From the NCBI GenBank assembly GCA_001643675.2, contig LSRY02000043.1, positions 62,001 to 126,000 of the forward strand: a DNA stretch of 64,000 nucleotides. Reading direction: 5' to 3'. A program made the position numbers and the translations under genes. Position 1 is the first letter of the stretch, and each line of letters opens with the position of its first letter. Shown here one piece after another: positions 52,101-64,000 of this stretch. The notes beneath the pieces are model-generated. The model made no database searches. It was not told the origin of the DNA and saw only the letters and a list, made by a program, of their open reading frames with translations. Source of the stretch: Monocercomonoides exilis PA203. Taxonomy: Eukaryota > Protista > Preaxostyla.

Positions 52101-55100
52101 TTGAGCGCTATTCTACTTCTAGTTCTAATGCTTATTCTTCTTCTTCCTCCTCTTCTTCTTCCTCTTCTTCTTCTTCTTCCTCCTCCTCGTCGGCCTCTTC
52201 CTCTTCTTCTGCTGTTCAGTCAGAAGAGAGACACAGAGATTCCATGGCCATTCCTTCACGCGATGGCTCTGTTCTCTCATCTCTTCATTCAAAATATACT
52301 TTTCCTCTTTCCAAATCGTCTGGAGTGTCTGCTGCGCAAACAGCTTTTTCTCTTCCTCCTCCTCCTCCATCGGCTTCTTCCTCTTCTTTTTCTTCTCTTT
52401 CAAATGTGCTTCAAACAGATTCCTCCGGCCGTTTTGTGACTTTGTCTCGGCAGGACTTCGACGAGCTGATGAATTACGCAAAGTTCTTCTTCGACTGCCT
52501 CTCCACACCCGCAGCCAAGCAGCTGATGAGCATCCTGCAGCAGACCGCCCCTCAATTGCATTCACATTCCAATTCTCATTCAAATGCACACTCTGATTCT
52601 GCTAGTCCATCCATTCCTATGCAATCTGCTTTTTCGCAGCAGATGCCACAAATACCTAAGTTAAGTCAATTAAGTCAGATGCCTCAGTTGCCTCAACTTC
52701 CACAACTGTCTCAGATGAATCAGATGAATCAAGTGACTCAACTTCCTCCAATCCCACCAATGCTGCCGATCCCTCCAATTCCTTCTATTCCTCAAATGCC
52801 TTCAATTCCCTCAATGCAATCGCTGAATGAGCAACCACAGGACTATCAGTCGTATCGTTCAAACAGTCGGAGCAGAAGAAGAGCAGAAGAAGGTCCAATT
52901 GAGCAGAGCTATGCATCTTCTTCTTCATCATCATCTTCTTCTTCTTCTCCATCTTCATTCAATCCACCTCTGTCGCTGTATACTTCGATGCCGCTTACTC
53001 CCATCTCCACAAAGACGCTGAGCTCATTCTCTCAGTCAACCAGCAACAACCCCAATGGCACATCGAATAATAACAATAATAATAACATTGCCACAGGCTT
53101 CCCTCCTTCTGCTCTGCCTGAACAGGAGCTGTCTCCACTGCACCATTACTCAAACTTCACTGGATGCGTTCGCTCCTCTTACAAGCCATTTGAGCCGCAC
53201 AAGCAGCACATTTCGTTTCCTTCCATCCAAATCGACAGATCAGACGAGGGAGAGATGGCGATACCTCCCAAACAGAAGGAATACAACGGCGTGCGACAGG
53301 ATGTTCCATTACTTTCTCCTAATGCTCCTTCATCTGCTTCCTCTTCTTCTTCCTCCTCCTCCTCCTCCTCTTCTTCTTCCTTTGATGAATCTTCTTCAAT
53401 CGATGATTCTTCCATGCTCCGCACGAAGTCCATGCCAGCCATCCCGACGACTGTTTCGCCTCTTTTCGTCTTGTTCGATCCAAATGGCAGCAGAGACAAT
53501 GCACACGGCAATCCGCAGCCTGTGTCCCCCATCCAGTCACTTGCAGCGCCGGGTGCTTTGGAATTCTCTGAATCTACGTCCACACTCAACACAGCAGGGT
53601 TTGTGCTGTTGCAAGACAATGCAACTGCAAAGGAGGCATCTTATCCACAAAGCAGAATAATTTCTCCATCTTCTCCCTCTGCTGGCAACTGTCATTCAGT
53701 TGAACATCCAGAAATCTCTTTCACACCAAACTTGAACATGCCCCTGACTGCAGTTCCAGTCAAACCACGGCGTCAGCAGCTGAACAGCTCTGCTGCTTGC
53801 TTTTCTCCTTCAATCAACCATTTTGCTGCATCTTCAGCATCTGCCCCATCCATTTCTACAGCATCGCGTCCATTTGAGCAGTCTTATTTGTCTGGAAAGA
53901 GTGACTCTTATGCTTCAACAGGCACACCTCCACCGTATCCAATACTTTTGCCACGCACTTCTGCTGGAAGAAAGGAGCAAATTGCATACGACGATGGACT
54001 GGTTGACCACAGCAACCCGCTGAAATACGAGCAGAATGCAAAGTCAAAATATTTAGTTCCTCCTTCGCTGCAGACACAGCCTTCTTTCAACAGCAGAAGC
54101 AGCAGAAATGGTGGAAGTGGTGGAGTGGGTGGGTTTTCGTATGACATTCATTCTCTTACAATTCCATTGGAAACATGTACAAATGTTGTGCAGACTGTGG
54201 ATGTGACGATGGGACAGGACGATGTTGCTGGGATGGCATTGTCATCTTCCACCCATCTGGTGCCACCAGCGTCTATTGTTAGTGTTCCTCAGTCAGGCAG
54301 CTCCTCTTTAATACCTTCATCATCATCATCGTCTGCATCTTCTTCATCTTCATTGCCTTTGCTTGCATCTTCCTCCTCTTCGTCTTCTTCTTCGTCTCTG
54401 CTGGATCCAAATTCGATGAGTTTTATTCCGAGCAGCTCAATGGACAGAGGAGGAAACGTGTCATTGACAAACCTGGTGGCCTATCAGAATGTTGCTGATA
54501 TGTCCCACACATCGCAGCTGATTAATGGCCAAGCTGTGTCGATGACTCAGAATGGCCAGCCACTTTCACAAACACAGCAATCACAGGATTTTATTCAGCA
54601 CGGCTTTTCACCCCTGCTTGACACGACACTCCACAATCAATACTTCGACCAGGCAGACGCTGTTAATCCAGTCTCCTTTGCGTCTGTCCCAATGCAGCGC
54701 AGGATGGTAAAGCCCGCTACTGACAACTTCCTTTTGCTGAAAATACCCACTTCCCCTTCCTCCCCATCAACATCAGGCACCATCACACCCGAAGTGTCAA
54801 TCACTCTGTCTTCTTCCTCGTCCTCTTCGTCTGTCTCGACTTCTCCCACTGCAACGGCAACAGCCACTGCCTCAGCTTCAGCAACTGCATCGCAATCGCC
54901 CACAGCCACAGTCACTGTCACCAACACAGTCACAGCCACAGCTACTGTCTCTGGAATGTCTTCTGCTGGCCTGGAGACGATGACGCCGACCAGCATCTCA
55001 GGCACAACTGCCACAACAGCCACGACAATCACACCTTCCACAACAATATCGATGTCACTCCCTTCGTCCAATCCGGACTCACTCTTGTCGCAGAAGCAGC

Positions 55101-55555
55101 CGTCCACACGCAGCGAGCGGAAGAACTTGGCATTGGCTGTGATGGAGCAGGCGACAGAGCCGAAGATGGCAGTCCCGAAGTTCGTGAAGACACTGCGGCA
55201 TTCGCGGAGTGCGCAAGATGTGCGGACGCTGAAGACACACAGCAAAGTGAGGGGCAAGCACGATGGACCACAAAAGCAGAGGCATCTGGCGGTTCCGCAA
55301 CGGAGCAGACAGAACGAGACGCGGCTGAGCAGCAACCTGTTCAGAGGCAACACACAGGCAGAAAAGGGGACCAAGCCGAGAGTGGGCAGGAAGATGCTGC
55401 GGATCGACACGAAGACGCGGTCGTACAAAGACGACGAGACGTATGCAACAGAGATGACAGTCGGAGATTGCTTCGACGAGGAATTGTCGTGCTCGTCGTT
55501 TCGGTGCTCTGTGGACTGCCATTCGGATGAGCCGGGGTATTCGCATCGCAAATAG
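49115..55555 (+). CDS. RRM-domain protein with about 1700-aa Ser/Pro/Gln-rich disordered tail (4 exons)
   Basis: Splicing ATGG|..|ERHGQDDDT|RGVKLVDVP.. gives RRM1 (YFAEAGTI..QGYIFIYF) and RRM2 (RFGKITGI..LCFFQF), in frame with ORF 49739. A third RRM-like segment (KFGFITL) is possible. Confidence 0.75.
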
Positions 55556-56949
55556 ATGTGGGGATAATGAGATGAAGAGAGGGAAAGAGGGAAAAAGTGA
55601 AAAAGGGAAAAATGGAAAAAGGGAAAGAGGGAAATAGAGAAAGAGAGAAAGATAGAAAGATAGAAAGAGAGAATGATGGAAAGAGATAAGAAGAAAAGAA
55701 TGGGGCTGGGAAAGTGTTATGAAACTTTTCTCGGAATTTATGTTGTTGTATGTTTGCATATTTTGAATATGTTGATTTTAAGAAGAAAAGAAAAGAAAAA
55801 TATTATTTTGGAATAATCCTTTATAAAATGAAAGCATGTATTTTCTTCTTTTTCTTCTTTTTTTATAAGCTTTGCTGACTTATTTGATATTTCTGCTGTG
55901 CTCAAATATGTCGATACAGTTGCATCCTCTCAGAGCATATTGATTTCGCCATTGTTTGGATTAAGATTGCTTTTACAAAATGAATTTAAAAAAAGGCAAT
56001 TTTTTGCATTTCACATTGTTGTTTTCTTTGGAGAGTAATCTGCCAATGTCAAGTGTTATGCTAAAGAAATTTTCTATTTTTAATTTCTTCTCACAATTTG
56101 AAGTATTTTTATGTATTTATATATTTATGTTTCGTTTATGTAGTTGTTGCTTTTTCTTCGTTCAGCGTTGACACTTTTATAAGAACTTCAATCTTAATAA
56201 CATTTGCGTCAAATCTCTTGAAGTTTTACAATAAAGACTTTGTTTTTTTTTCAATCATTTTAAGGATTATTATCATTTCTGTTTTAATTTTCTCTCTTTT
56301 TTTTTACAAATTAAATGTGCTTTTGTTCTCGTATTCAATCATTTTCTTCATTTTTCCACTAACTTTGAAGATTACTGAAAGTGTAGCTTTTTGTTTCGTT
56401 AATCTGTTTATATCTTCTTCAATTTTTTTTTTTTTTCATTATGTACTGTCTGCTGAATGATGGATTATAATGATTGTGATACCATTAATTATTGACAGAT
56501 AATTTGAATGGTTTTCCATTCACTTTTATCTGATTATTTGATTTTGAATTTTCTTGTTTCTTGTTTCAAAGAATTTTTCTTTTCATTAATTTATTTAAAG
56601 ATAATTTTGTTGAAAGTTTCAAATTCTCTAATAGTGTGTTATTCTGAAACGTTTTTCTTGTTTTAAAATTTTTAAATAATGAAAAATATCAAATGGGTAA
56701 AAATTGAAAAGCAAACTTTTAAGTCGTTTAGGAACTAAAAAATTGGGTGATATTTTTTGCAATCATCAGCACCAATAATGATACAATTTCAGCGTTCGTA
56801 GTTCGTTTTCGAAACGAAAAATATTCATATTGGTGTTGTGAATGACTTGTGATATATGATTAAAATTCTCATCATTATGTGTTGTTGTATTTCTTTGTTT
56901 ATCATTATTTGGAAATTTGATGCAAATAAAAGATAAATATTTATTTATA

Positions 56950-58655
56950 TGGGGGGAAATACGTTCTTTCAAGCTTTTTATGCACAAAGCAAGAAAAAAT
57001 TGTTTCACTTATAACTTTGTTTCAGTTTCTCGGATTTCAAAATAAATTTGATTTTTGTATCCGCAAACATGCATCGTTGAAATCAAAACATAAAGGTTTG
57101 TGACATTTCACGAATGCCAAAAAATAAACCCATTTTTATTGTGTTTTTTGCTATAAAAAAGTCGACGAAAAGTGAATAATTTTTCATTGAAAATGCCTGA
57201 AGTCAAATATTTCGTCCCATATGTTATTTTATTTTTATTCTTTTAATTTTTTTTTTGTTTGTTTTTTCAAAAATAAAATTGGAAATAATTTTTCTGATGT
57301 GATAATGTTATTTTCAAATTATCATCAAAGAAATTATAAATATTTCTGACATGAATAACAAATATATCATTTATTTCATTCAATGGAGACTCTTTTCGTA
57401 ATACAGATCGTGCAAATAATACCAGACATCGCAAAAAATACCGGACAAGATCAATTTCACAATAACCGCAAGAGGAATAATTATGAATATTTTCCTCAAA
57501 ATATATCTCATTAATACAAACTCAATTGATAAACGAGATTTTCAAACCAGCTTCATTTGTGCTCAGAAAAAAATACAATCGAAATTTGGGGGAAACTCAA
57601 AATCCTATTTCTCCGAGATTTCAATCAATGATTTTTTCTGAGCACAAATGAAGCTGGTTTGAAAATCTCGTTTATCAATTGAGTTTGTATTAATGAGATA
57701 TATTTTGAGGAAAATATTCATAATTATTCCTCTTGCGGTTATTGTGAAATTGATCTTGTCCGGTATTTTTTGCGATGTCTGGTATTATTTGCACGATCTG
57801 TTGAAACAATTCTGAACAATTTTTTTATTTAACAAATTATTTTTTTCAGGCAAACAGGAATGAAAAGAATGCAAATCTGTCAATTTTTTGTCAATAATTG
57901 CATATTATTTTTCCTTATTTTTTTTATTATCAAACGAAACCATCAGAACTTCATTATTTAGGTTTTTACACTTTCAACAAAAATTCCCAAAAAATAGTCA
58001 CTCACTTGAATTTTTTTTATGCTTTCAAAAATATTCACATTAAAAAGATTGAAAAATGAAATTTGGGTATTTTAATTGGGGGAAAATTCGGTCATTCAAG
58101 TATTTTTATCACAAGGGATTAAAAAATTGCTTTTCTAATAACTTTGTTTCGCTTTTTCGAATTAAAAAATGAATTAGATTTTAAGATCCTTAAACATGCA
58201 TCATAGAAATCAAATTATAAAGAATTGTGTCATTTCACGAATTTCAAAAAATAGACCCATTTTAATAATGATTTTTGTCCTCAAAAAGTCAATGAAAAGA
58301 AAATAATTTTTCAATGAAAATGCCTGGAGTGAAATATTTTGCCCCAATCGAAATTTTAAATTATTCAAAAAATTGTAATTTTGATGGAGGGAAATATAAA
58401 CTTTCCAGCTTTTTTTGCACAAAGCACAATAAAAATGTTTCACTCAAACTTTTACAAGACTTTCTCAGATTTCGAAATAAATTAGATTTTCATATCAATG
58501 AACAATTACCAATGACAACATAACAAAAAGTTTTTTTGATCTCACACGTATTTTGAAAAATGAACCCGTTTCATTCATATCTTTAGATCACTAAAAGTCA
58601 ATTAAAATGCAAATTTTATCATTGAAAAAGCTTGAAGTCACTTATTTTTCCACAA
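56950..58655. repeat. Three diverged copies of an approximately 300-bp AT-rich repeat (starts near 56951, 58077, 58386)
   Basis: Shared blocks GGGGAAA..., GCACAAAGCA, AAATTAGATTTT, AAAAGTCAA and TGAAAATGCCTG recur in the same order. Confidence 0.7.
57403..57801. mobile_element. Palindromic MITE-like element with about 170-bp perfect arms
   Basis: 57403-57572 is the reverse complement of 57632-57801. CAG...CTG termini. TA on the left, TT on the right. Confidence 0.8.
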
Positions 58656-59374
58656 ATTTCAAAAAACGAACCCTCTTCAATCATATTTTTTGATCATAAA
58701 ACATTCATTCACAAAGAACAAATATTAAAAAATAAATAATGAAATAAAAAATAATATATCCCTTTGAATAATAACTCTTCAAAGAAATAAAACAATTTAG
58801 AATCAATTCTCTGAAAAATTTTATGATTTCAAAAAAAAATCACCAATTTGTCTTTATTTATTAAGAAGTTCCTATTGCAGAATATTTTGTTGAAAATGAT
58901 AGTTGAAAACAATCATCAAAATTTCATTCCAATTCACCAAGAAGTTCCAAGAAGGAAACATATGCTTGACAAGGTAATTATTACCATTCTTGTAAAATTA
59001 AGCAAGGCGGGATGAAAAAATGATGAAAATATTAGAAACATCATTTAACTTCTTTGTGTTCATTTTCTAATATTCAAAAAGAGTTACACAAATCGAGAAT
59101 TATGAATGAAAAAATCTAATTTCAAAAATAATCACTCACCTGAATAATTTTCTAAAGGAACTTTTTCAAAAAAAAAAAAAAAAACATGCAAAAAATTTTT
59201 TTGAGTAAAAATATCGTATTTTCGAAAAAGAGATAAGTGAGGCGAATAAATGAAAAAAAAAAATAATCTCATTTGCTTTGAAATGCCGTTAGAAATGGTC
59301 AAACTTGAAAAATTCGTAACGACAATAAGAAAAGAAATACACATTTTCACTTGAAAAACAAAATCTGCTTAAAA

Positions 59375-59413
<39 letters not shown>

Positions 59414-59992
59414 TTTTTAATGAAATTCATCTTTTGTTAAGATTCCTATAGAGCAATGCCTTCTGATAAATGGAATCTATTTTGCGAATGGAAATGAAGT
59501 GGATATACAAAAGTTCAAAGATGAAATGGACAAACCGCATAAACAACCAAAAAAATCTCAAACCAGATAAAAAAATTTCAATTTGGAATGAGGTAAAGGC
59601 GAATGATTAGATGTTGACAGATCAATAAAAAAAAGTTGAAAATTACAATCGGGAATATATTACTAAAAAATCATTCTATAAAATAGTCATACAGATAAAA
59701 GGTATAAACAATTTCCTTGAAAACAAATCAAAACAATATCAAAAAAAAAAAAAAAATACGCGTGTTATGACTATAAATAAAAAGAATTAAACGCAAACTA
59801 TAACTTCTAAATTAAATAAGAAATATGATAAAAAATAGTAATCTACAACTACTACTACTACGAATGAAACACCACATATAAAAGGAGCACATCAAAAATT
59901 ATTCGGCATTTTCATTCGATAAAATCACAATAAGAAATAAAAAGGTAAAAAAACTAATTATTAAAACGAAGTCACATCTAATAATAAACAGT

Positions 59993-60769
59993 TCAATGCT
60001 CTTTGTGAGATATAAGAAGGCTATGCATTGACCAGTAGTTTGATTCTTCCATATTAACAAAAAAGTCAATCTTCGTCAAAAACACAGTTTCAGATTGGTT
60101 TAAAATGTTTAAGGGAATTCCAAACATTCTTGACCACCAACTGTTTTTAAATGGAATATCCCTATCTGTCTTTTGAGCAATCACGACAGCACAAAGGAGA
60201 AGAGTACCCAAATTAGCTTCTGAAATAACTGATCTATGTCCCTCTGCCATTCTCCTTTCTTCTGCTTGACACAACCTATAAATTAACGCAATGCTATGTA
60301 TCATTTCAGATGTTGTTAATTCCGCATATTGCTTTGAAAACTTGAAGAAATGACATATTTTATCAAGCATTGCATTGCCTGCTTCCGAGAAGCACAATAT
60401 TTCAGAACTCTTACCAGAAGTTTCTTGGATAACAGAAAACAAGGAAGGCAAATGCTTTGCTAAAAGCAAGCAAATAGTCTTTGATCCAATCAAAATACAC
60501 TCGTCATTAATCAATTCAGTGGCTTCTGAATAGTTGTAACAATCAAGTGAATAATCACTTTTTCTTTCTTGTTGATAAACCCCGTTTGTATAATTGTAAT
60601 TAAATCCACATTTCCTTTTATCTACAAAATTTTCTTCCATGTCCATCTTTTCAGTCGGATGCTGATGAAAGATACTAGAACTTAACGCTGGACGTGGAAG
60701 AAATTGAGCAATGCTTGAAGTGGCAAGTTGAGCAGTCGCAGAAGTTGTCATCATAAAAAGACGTATCAA
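59993..60769 (-). CDS. Cyclin, PHO80/cyclin-U/Y-like cyclin box
   Basis: EMIHSIALIYRL...NLGTLLLCAVVIAQK..D....NSWW...GIPL..LNQSE..FL..IDF. True ATG probably near 60753. Confidence 0.8.
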   Translation of the reverse strand: MIRLFMMTTSATAQLATSSIAQFLPRPALSSSIFHQHPTEKMDMEENFVDKRKCGFNYNYTNGVYQQERKSDYSLDCYNYSEATELINDECILIGSKTICLLLAKHLPSLFSVIQETSGKSSEILCFSEAGNAMLDKICHFFKFSKQYAELTTSEMIHSIALIYRLCQAEERRMAEGHRSVISEANLGTLLLCAVVIAQKTDRDIPFKNSWWSRMFGIPLNILNQSETVFLTKIDFFVNMEESNYWSMHSLLISHKEH

Positions 60770-60927
60770 ACTCGGTTTTCCTTCTCGAATTAATAAAGTA
60801 TGTAATTATTGATCAACTTACATAATAAGATAATTCCAAAATAATAACATTGGTATTATTTGGCAAATATGCGAATGATCGCAAATTTGATGAAGCCTTT
60901 GGACCGTTTTTGTGCTTTTGAGTTTTC

Positions 60928-63900
60928 ATGAAAATATTTCTGAAAAGCAGTTTTTGTCTGCTTTCATTACAAAAAATTTTTGTTTTTTTGTTATTTATTG
61001 CGGAGTGCAAATTTTTATCAACTTCAATTATTGCTAAAAATGTGATGAATTCAAAGAAAAATTCTATTCGTTTTGATGGTTCAATATTTACTCTTCGAAA
61101 TGCTTCTCTTATTTTAAAATCACACTTATTAAAACCAGAAAATTTTCACGTGGGAAAGGAATTTAAACGCTCGACAATGACATTACAAGCATGCGCAATT
61201 TGTTTGCAACAAAATCATCCTTCAAATTTCCATCTTTTTCAAAGCTCAACAACTTTAATCAATATTACTCTATTTTGTGATAAAGGCGAACAGCATTCTT
61301 CAGTTTGCGAGCAAGAGGATGGCCCAAACAACTTCTTTGTAAGTTTTTCATATCTTAGGGATATTTCTCATTCATTTGAACATCCAATTTTAATTTCTGG
61401 TGATAATACTCATGCAAAAATTTCACATTGCACGTTTACGAACATTACATCAAAACCAGAATCATCGTCATCAAAAAGCTTTTTAACAGTTCCAACATTT
61501 CTTCATTCTGCAAACGTGGAAACAAGAATTCGGAGCTGCTCCATCAGAAATGTAGAAAATCCATTATATGGAGGGCTTCTGGAATGTTTTCTAAGTTCAC
61601 AATCCAAAAACCATGTACTAAATTCTACATTTTCCAACACACTTACTGCCATCACTAACGAACGGGAAGTTCTTTCTGAAGCTTCATATTTTTCCTTCTG
61701 TTGCTTTGAGTATTGCTCAACTCCGTCCCAACCAACAACTTCAATGAACAAAAATGGAGGAGCTTTAATTCTTCGACAGACAAGATGTTCTAAAACTTCA
61801 GATTCTCAAGAACAACCAACATCTTTAATGCTTCAAATATTTCGTTGTTCATTTACTGGGTGTACTGCTGCTCAATATGGTGGCTCAATTTCATTTCAGG
61901 CATGCGGAGCATTTACCATTACAGAATCTTCATTTTCCAATTGCACAGCTGGAGATTCTGGAGGAGCAGCTAGTATTATCTCAACTTCTGCAGATAACGC
62001 AATTATGACTATTACAGATGTCTATTTTGGAAACTGTGAAGCGGAAAAAGGGAAAGACTCTGCATCTTCTTTGCTGAATGATGCAAGAGGAGGTGGAGCA
62101 ATGCTTTTATCAAATCCGATGCAACATATTACGATTTCAAATTGTCTATTTGTTAGTTGCAGAGCATTAAGCAAAGGAGGCGCAATTGTTCTTTCAGTCG
62201 CATTTCCTAATCAAGCAGGATACAGCAGTTCTTATTCACACAGCAGTGCAGAATCCTTAATTTGCATACAAACAACAGAAAGCAGAATTCTTCAGAGATT
62301 CAATTCTGATGACAATGCTCTTATCATTTTTAGTCTATTTTCCAACTGTCAATCAAAAGCATATGGAATGGATGTTTTCGTGTCTGCAATAACTGAAGAA
62401 TATTTGACGGCAATAGAAACACTGACTCATTCATCTTTTTCTTCTTCAACATCGAATTGCGCGTATTTTGCCAGAAGTAACATTTCTTCATGTTCCATGC
62501 TTCCTCCTTTTCCTTTCAATCAAAACCAAACGGAATACTATGTGAATGGAAGTTCAAGTAATGCTTCTCTCTGTGGATGGAACGAAATGCCATGCAATTC
62601 AATTTATCGCGCACTGGTTATGATTCGATCAACTGGAAAAAATGATGCACGTAGCGATGAGTCCTGGAGCTCCACTTTTTCAATTTCAATTGTTGACTCC
62701 AAAACAGTTGATGAATTCAATTCGATGGAAATTGAAAATACAAGCATTGAAATTAACGCATCAAATTCGTTGGATGTCTGCAATATTCAAACGATTCTGA
62801 ATTTACCGACTGTGCCAATTTGCTCGCTTGAAAGACAGCTGAACTCATTGTTTTTTATTCATTCGGGGTTATTAACAATGAATAAGGTCAACATTATCCA
62901 CAATTCGAACTATTCTTCACAGTTTTCTTTGTTTGTGATTGATGCGAAAAGTTCCTCGAACAGTCGGAGAAATACCGAAGCAAATCTTATTCTCAATCGA
63001 TGCTCAATAACAAATTTGAAAGAAAACAGCAACATTCGTTTCCATTCTTCAACTTTCATTTTGCTATCCGGAGCGATTGTTCTGAATGAATTTGTTGCTT
63101 CTGATATTTTGCTTGAAGATTGTTCGTTTATCTCTCTGTATTCTCCTCTTGCTGAATCAGATCCGAATTCCAATAATTATTTTCGCTCACTTTCCATAAC
63201 GGGAGCTTCGTTTAAATCTGTAAATTCACTTGTCTTCAACAATACCATGAAAGATGATTCATCACCTCTTTTAATTGGCTGCTTATTTAGTGGAGAGATT
63301 GGATCTCAGGATTTTGTTTCTTTCTCAGAATGCAACATCACAAATTGCACGGCTGAGTGCGCAAGCGAAGACTGTAAGAGCGAAGCTATTTCTCTCGTTA
63401 CAGCTGAATGCAGGGCAACAGACAATCGGAGTCTTTTACTTTCTCATTCTTACATTACTGCGTCTCCCATACAAATTGGAATTATAAGCCATTGCTCATT
63501 TGAAATGGAATATGTTAAAGCTGAAGATAGTTTGCTTTCTTCGAAAAATACAGAAAACACGGAGTCATTTTGCGAGTGGAAAAATGGAGCTCTTATTCTC
63601 GATGAATCGAATGCAGCACTGACAAACGTAACAATTTCAGGCGCATCACAAGGAGCACTTTCTATTCTTCGTTTTTGCAATGTTTCTATCCAGAATAGCA
63701 CTTTTGTCAACAACCGTTTGGGAACATCAGACTTCCCTGAAATGAAGAGAAACATCTTTTGCTCTGGAAATTCATCGATTAGTCTGAAAGGGAATGTGTA
63801 TAGCAGCGATGAAGATGACCCCAACAACTGGATTATGCCCTCTGATTGCACTGTGAATCATGTAGATGAGATGGCTGGACCTATTTTCTTTGCTCCTCAC

Positions 63901-64000
63901 CTCGTTTCTGTTGGAAACGAAGAAGTTGACAATGAACTGAAACTTTTATTTCATGGAAGATTTATCGTCCCTTGCAATTTAACATTTGGGATTTCGATTG
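60928..64000 (+). CDS. 5' part of a second beta-helix-repeat surface protein; runs off the window and is missing from the ORF track
   Basis: ATG 60928 with hydrophobic leader. Frame open wherever checked. NGGALI, YGGSI, GGGAM, KGGAIV and CGWNEMPC motifs. The segment CEWKNG..RNIFCSG..LLFHGRFIVPCNLTF matches the juxtamembrane block of the 32114-47106 gene. Confidence 0.85.
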   Translation, partial: MKIFLKSSFCLLSLQKIFVFLLFIAECKFLSTSIIAKNVMNSKKNSIRFDGSIFTLRNASLILKSHLLKPENFHVGKEFKRSTMTLQACAICLQQNHPSNFHLFQSSTTLINITLFCDKGEQHSSVCEQEDGPNNFFVSFSYLRDISHSFEHPILISGDNTHAKISHCTFTNITSKPESSSSKSFLTVPTFLHSANVETRIRSCSIRNVENPLYGGLLECFLSSQSKNHVLNSTFSNTLTAITNEREVLSEASYFSFCCFEYCSTPSQPTTSMNKNGGALILRQTRCSKTSDSQEQPTSLMLQIFRCSFTGCTAAQYGGSISFQACGAFTITESSFSNCTAGDSGGAASIISTSADNAIMTITDVYFGNCEAEKGKDSASSLLNDARGGGAMLLSNPMQHITISNCLFVSCRALSKGGAIVLSVAFPNQAGYSSSYSHSSAESLICIQTTESRILQRFNSDDNALIIFSLFSNCQSKAYGMDVFVSAITEEYLTAIETLTHSSFSSSTSNCAYFARSNISSCSMLPPFPFNQNQTEYYVNGSSSNASLCGWNEMPCNSIYRALVMIRSTGKNDARSDESWSSTFSISIVDSKTVDEFNSMEIENTSIEINASNSLDVCNIQTILNLPTVPICSLERQLNSLFFIHSGLLTMNKVNIIHNSNYSSQFSLFVIDAKSSSNSRRNTEANLILNRCSITNLKENSNIRFHSSTFILLSGAIVLNEFVASDILLEDCSFISLYSPLAESDPNSNNYFRSLSITGASFKSVNSLVFNNTMKDDSSPLLIGCLFSGEIGSQDFVSFSECNITNCTAECASEDCKSEAISLVTAECRATDNRSLLLSHSYITASPIQIGIISHCSFEMEYVKAEDSLLSSKNTENTESFCEWKNGALILDESNAALTNVTISGASQGALSILRFCNVSIQNSTFVNNRLGTSDFPEMKRNIFCSGNSSISLKGNVYSSDEDDPNNWIMPSDCTVNHVDEMAGPIFFAPHLVSVGNEEVDNELKLLFHGRFIVPCNLTFGISI

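Noticed and set aside
1-64000. tRNA/rRNA genes, CRISPR arrays, telomeric repeats
   Set aside because: None recognised by eye; no covariance-model search was run, so small ncRNAs could be missed.

Overview
AT-rich, intron-containing eukaryotic DNA using the standard genetic code. Gene style and two recognisable multigene families suggest the oxymonad Monocercomonoides (inference, no search run). Genes: an intron-rich MBL-fold hydrolase head-to-head with a bacterial-type Fe/Mn SOD carrying a signal peptide, a secreted Pro/Gln-rich protein, a Bfr1/PPI-like coiled-coil protein, a small membrane protein, a coiled-coil gene, a >3400-aa low-complexity protein ending in a FunK1/Crinkler-like pseudokinase, an isochorismatase-family hydrolase, an RRM low-complexity protein, a cyclin, and two giant beta-helix-repeat surface proteins. 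Main mobile-DNA results: (1) A complete, young DIRS1-type tyrosine-recombinase retrotransposon (35278-39979) whose internal complementary region (ICR) spells the circle junction. It is inserted at an AA core inside a receptor-pseudokinase gene, and excising it restores the host frame exactly. (2) A 2.9-kb piggyBac-like non-autonomous element (TTAA-CCC...GGG-TTAT, 14-bp TIRs, subterminal TGACGT array) enclosing a decayed copy of an expanded host gene family, a candidate gene-carrying 'Pack' transposon. (3) Several long fold-back palindromes/MITEs.
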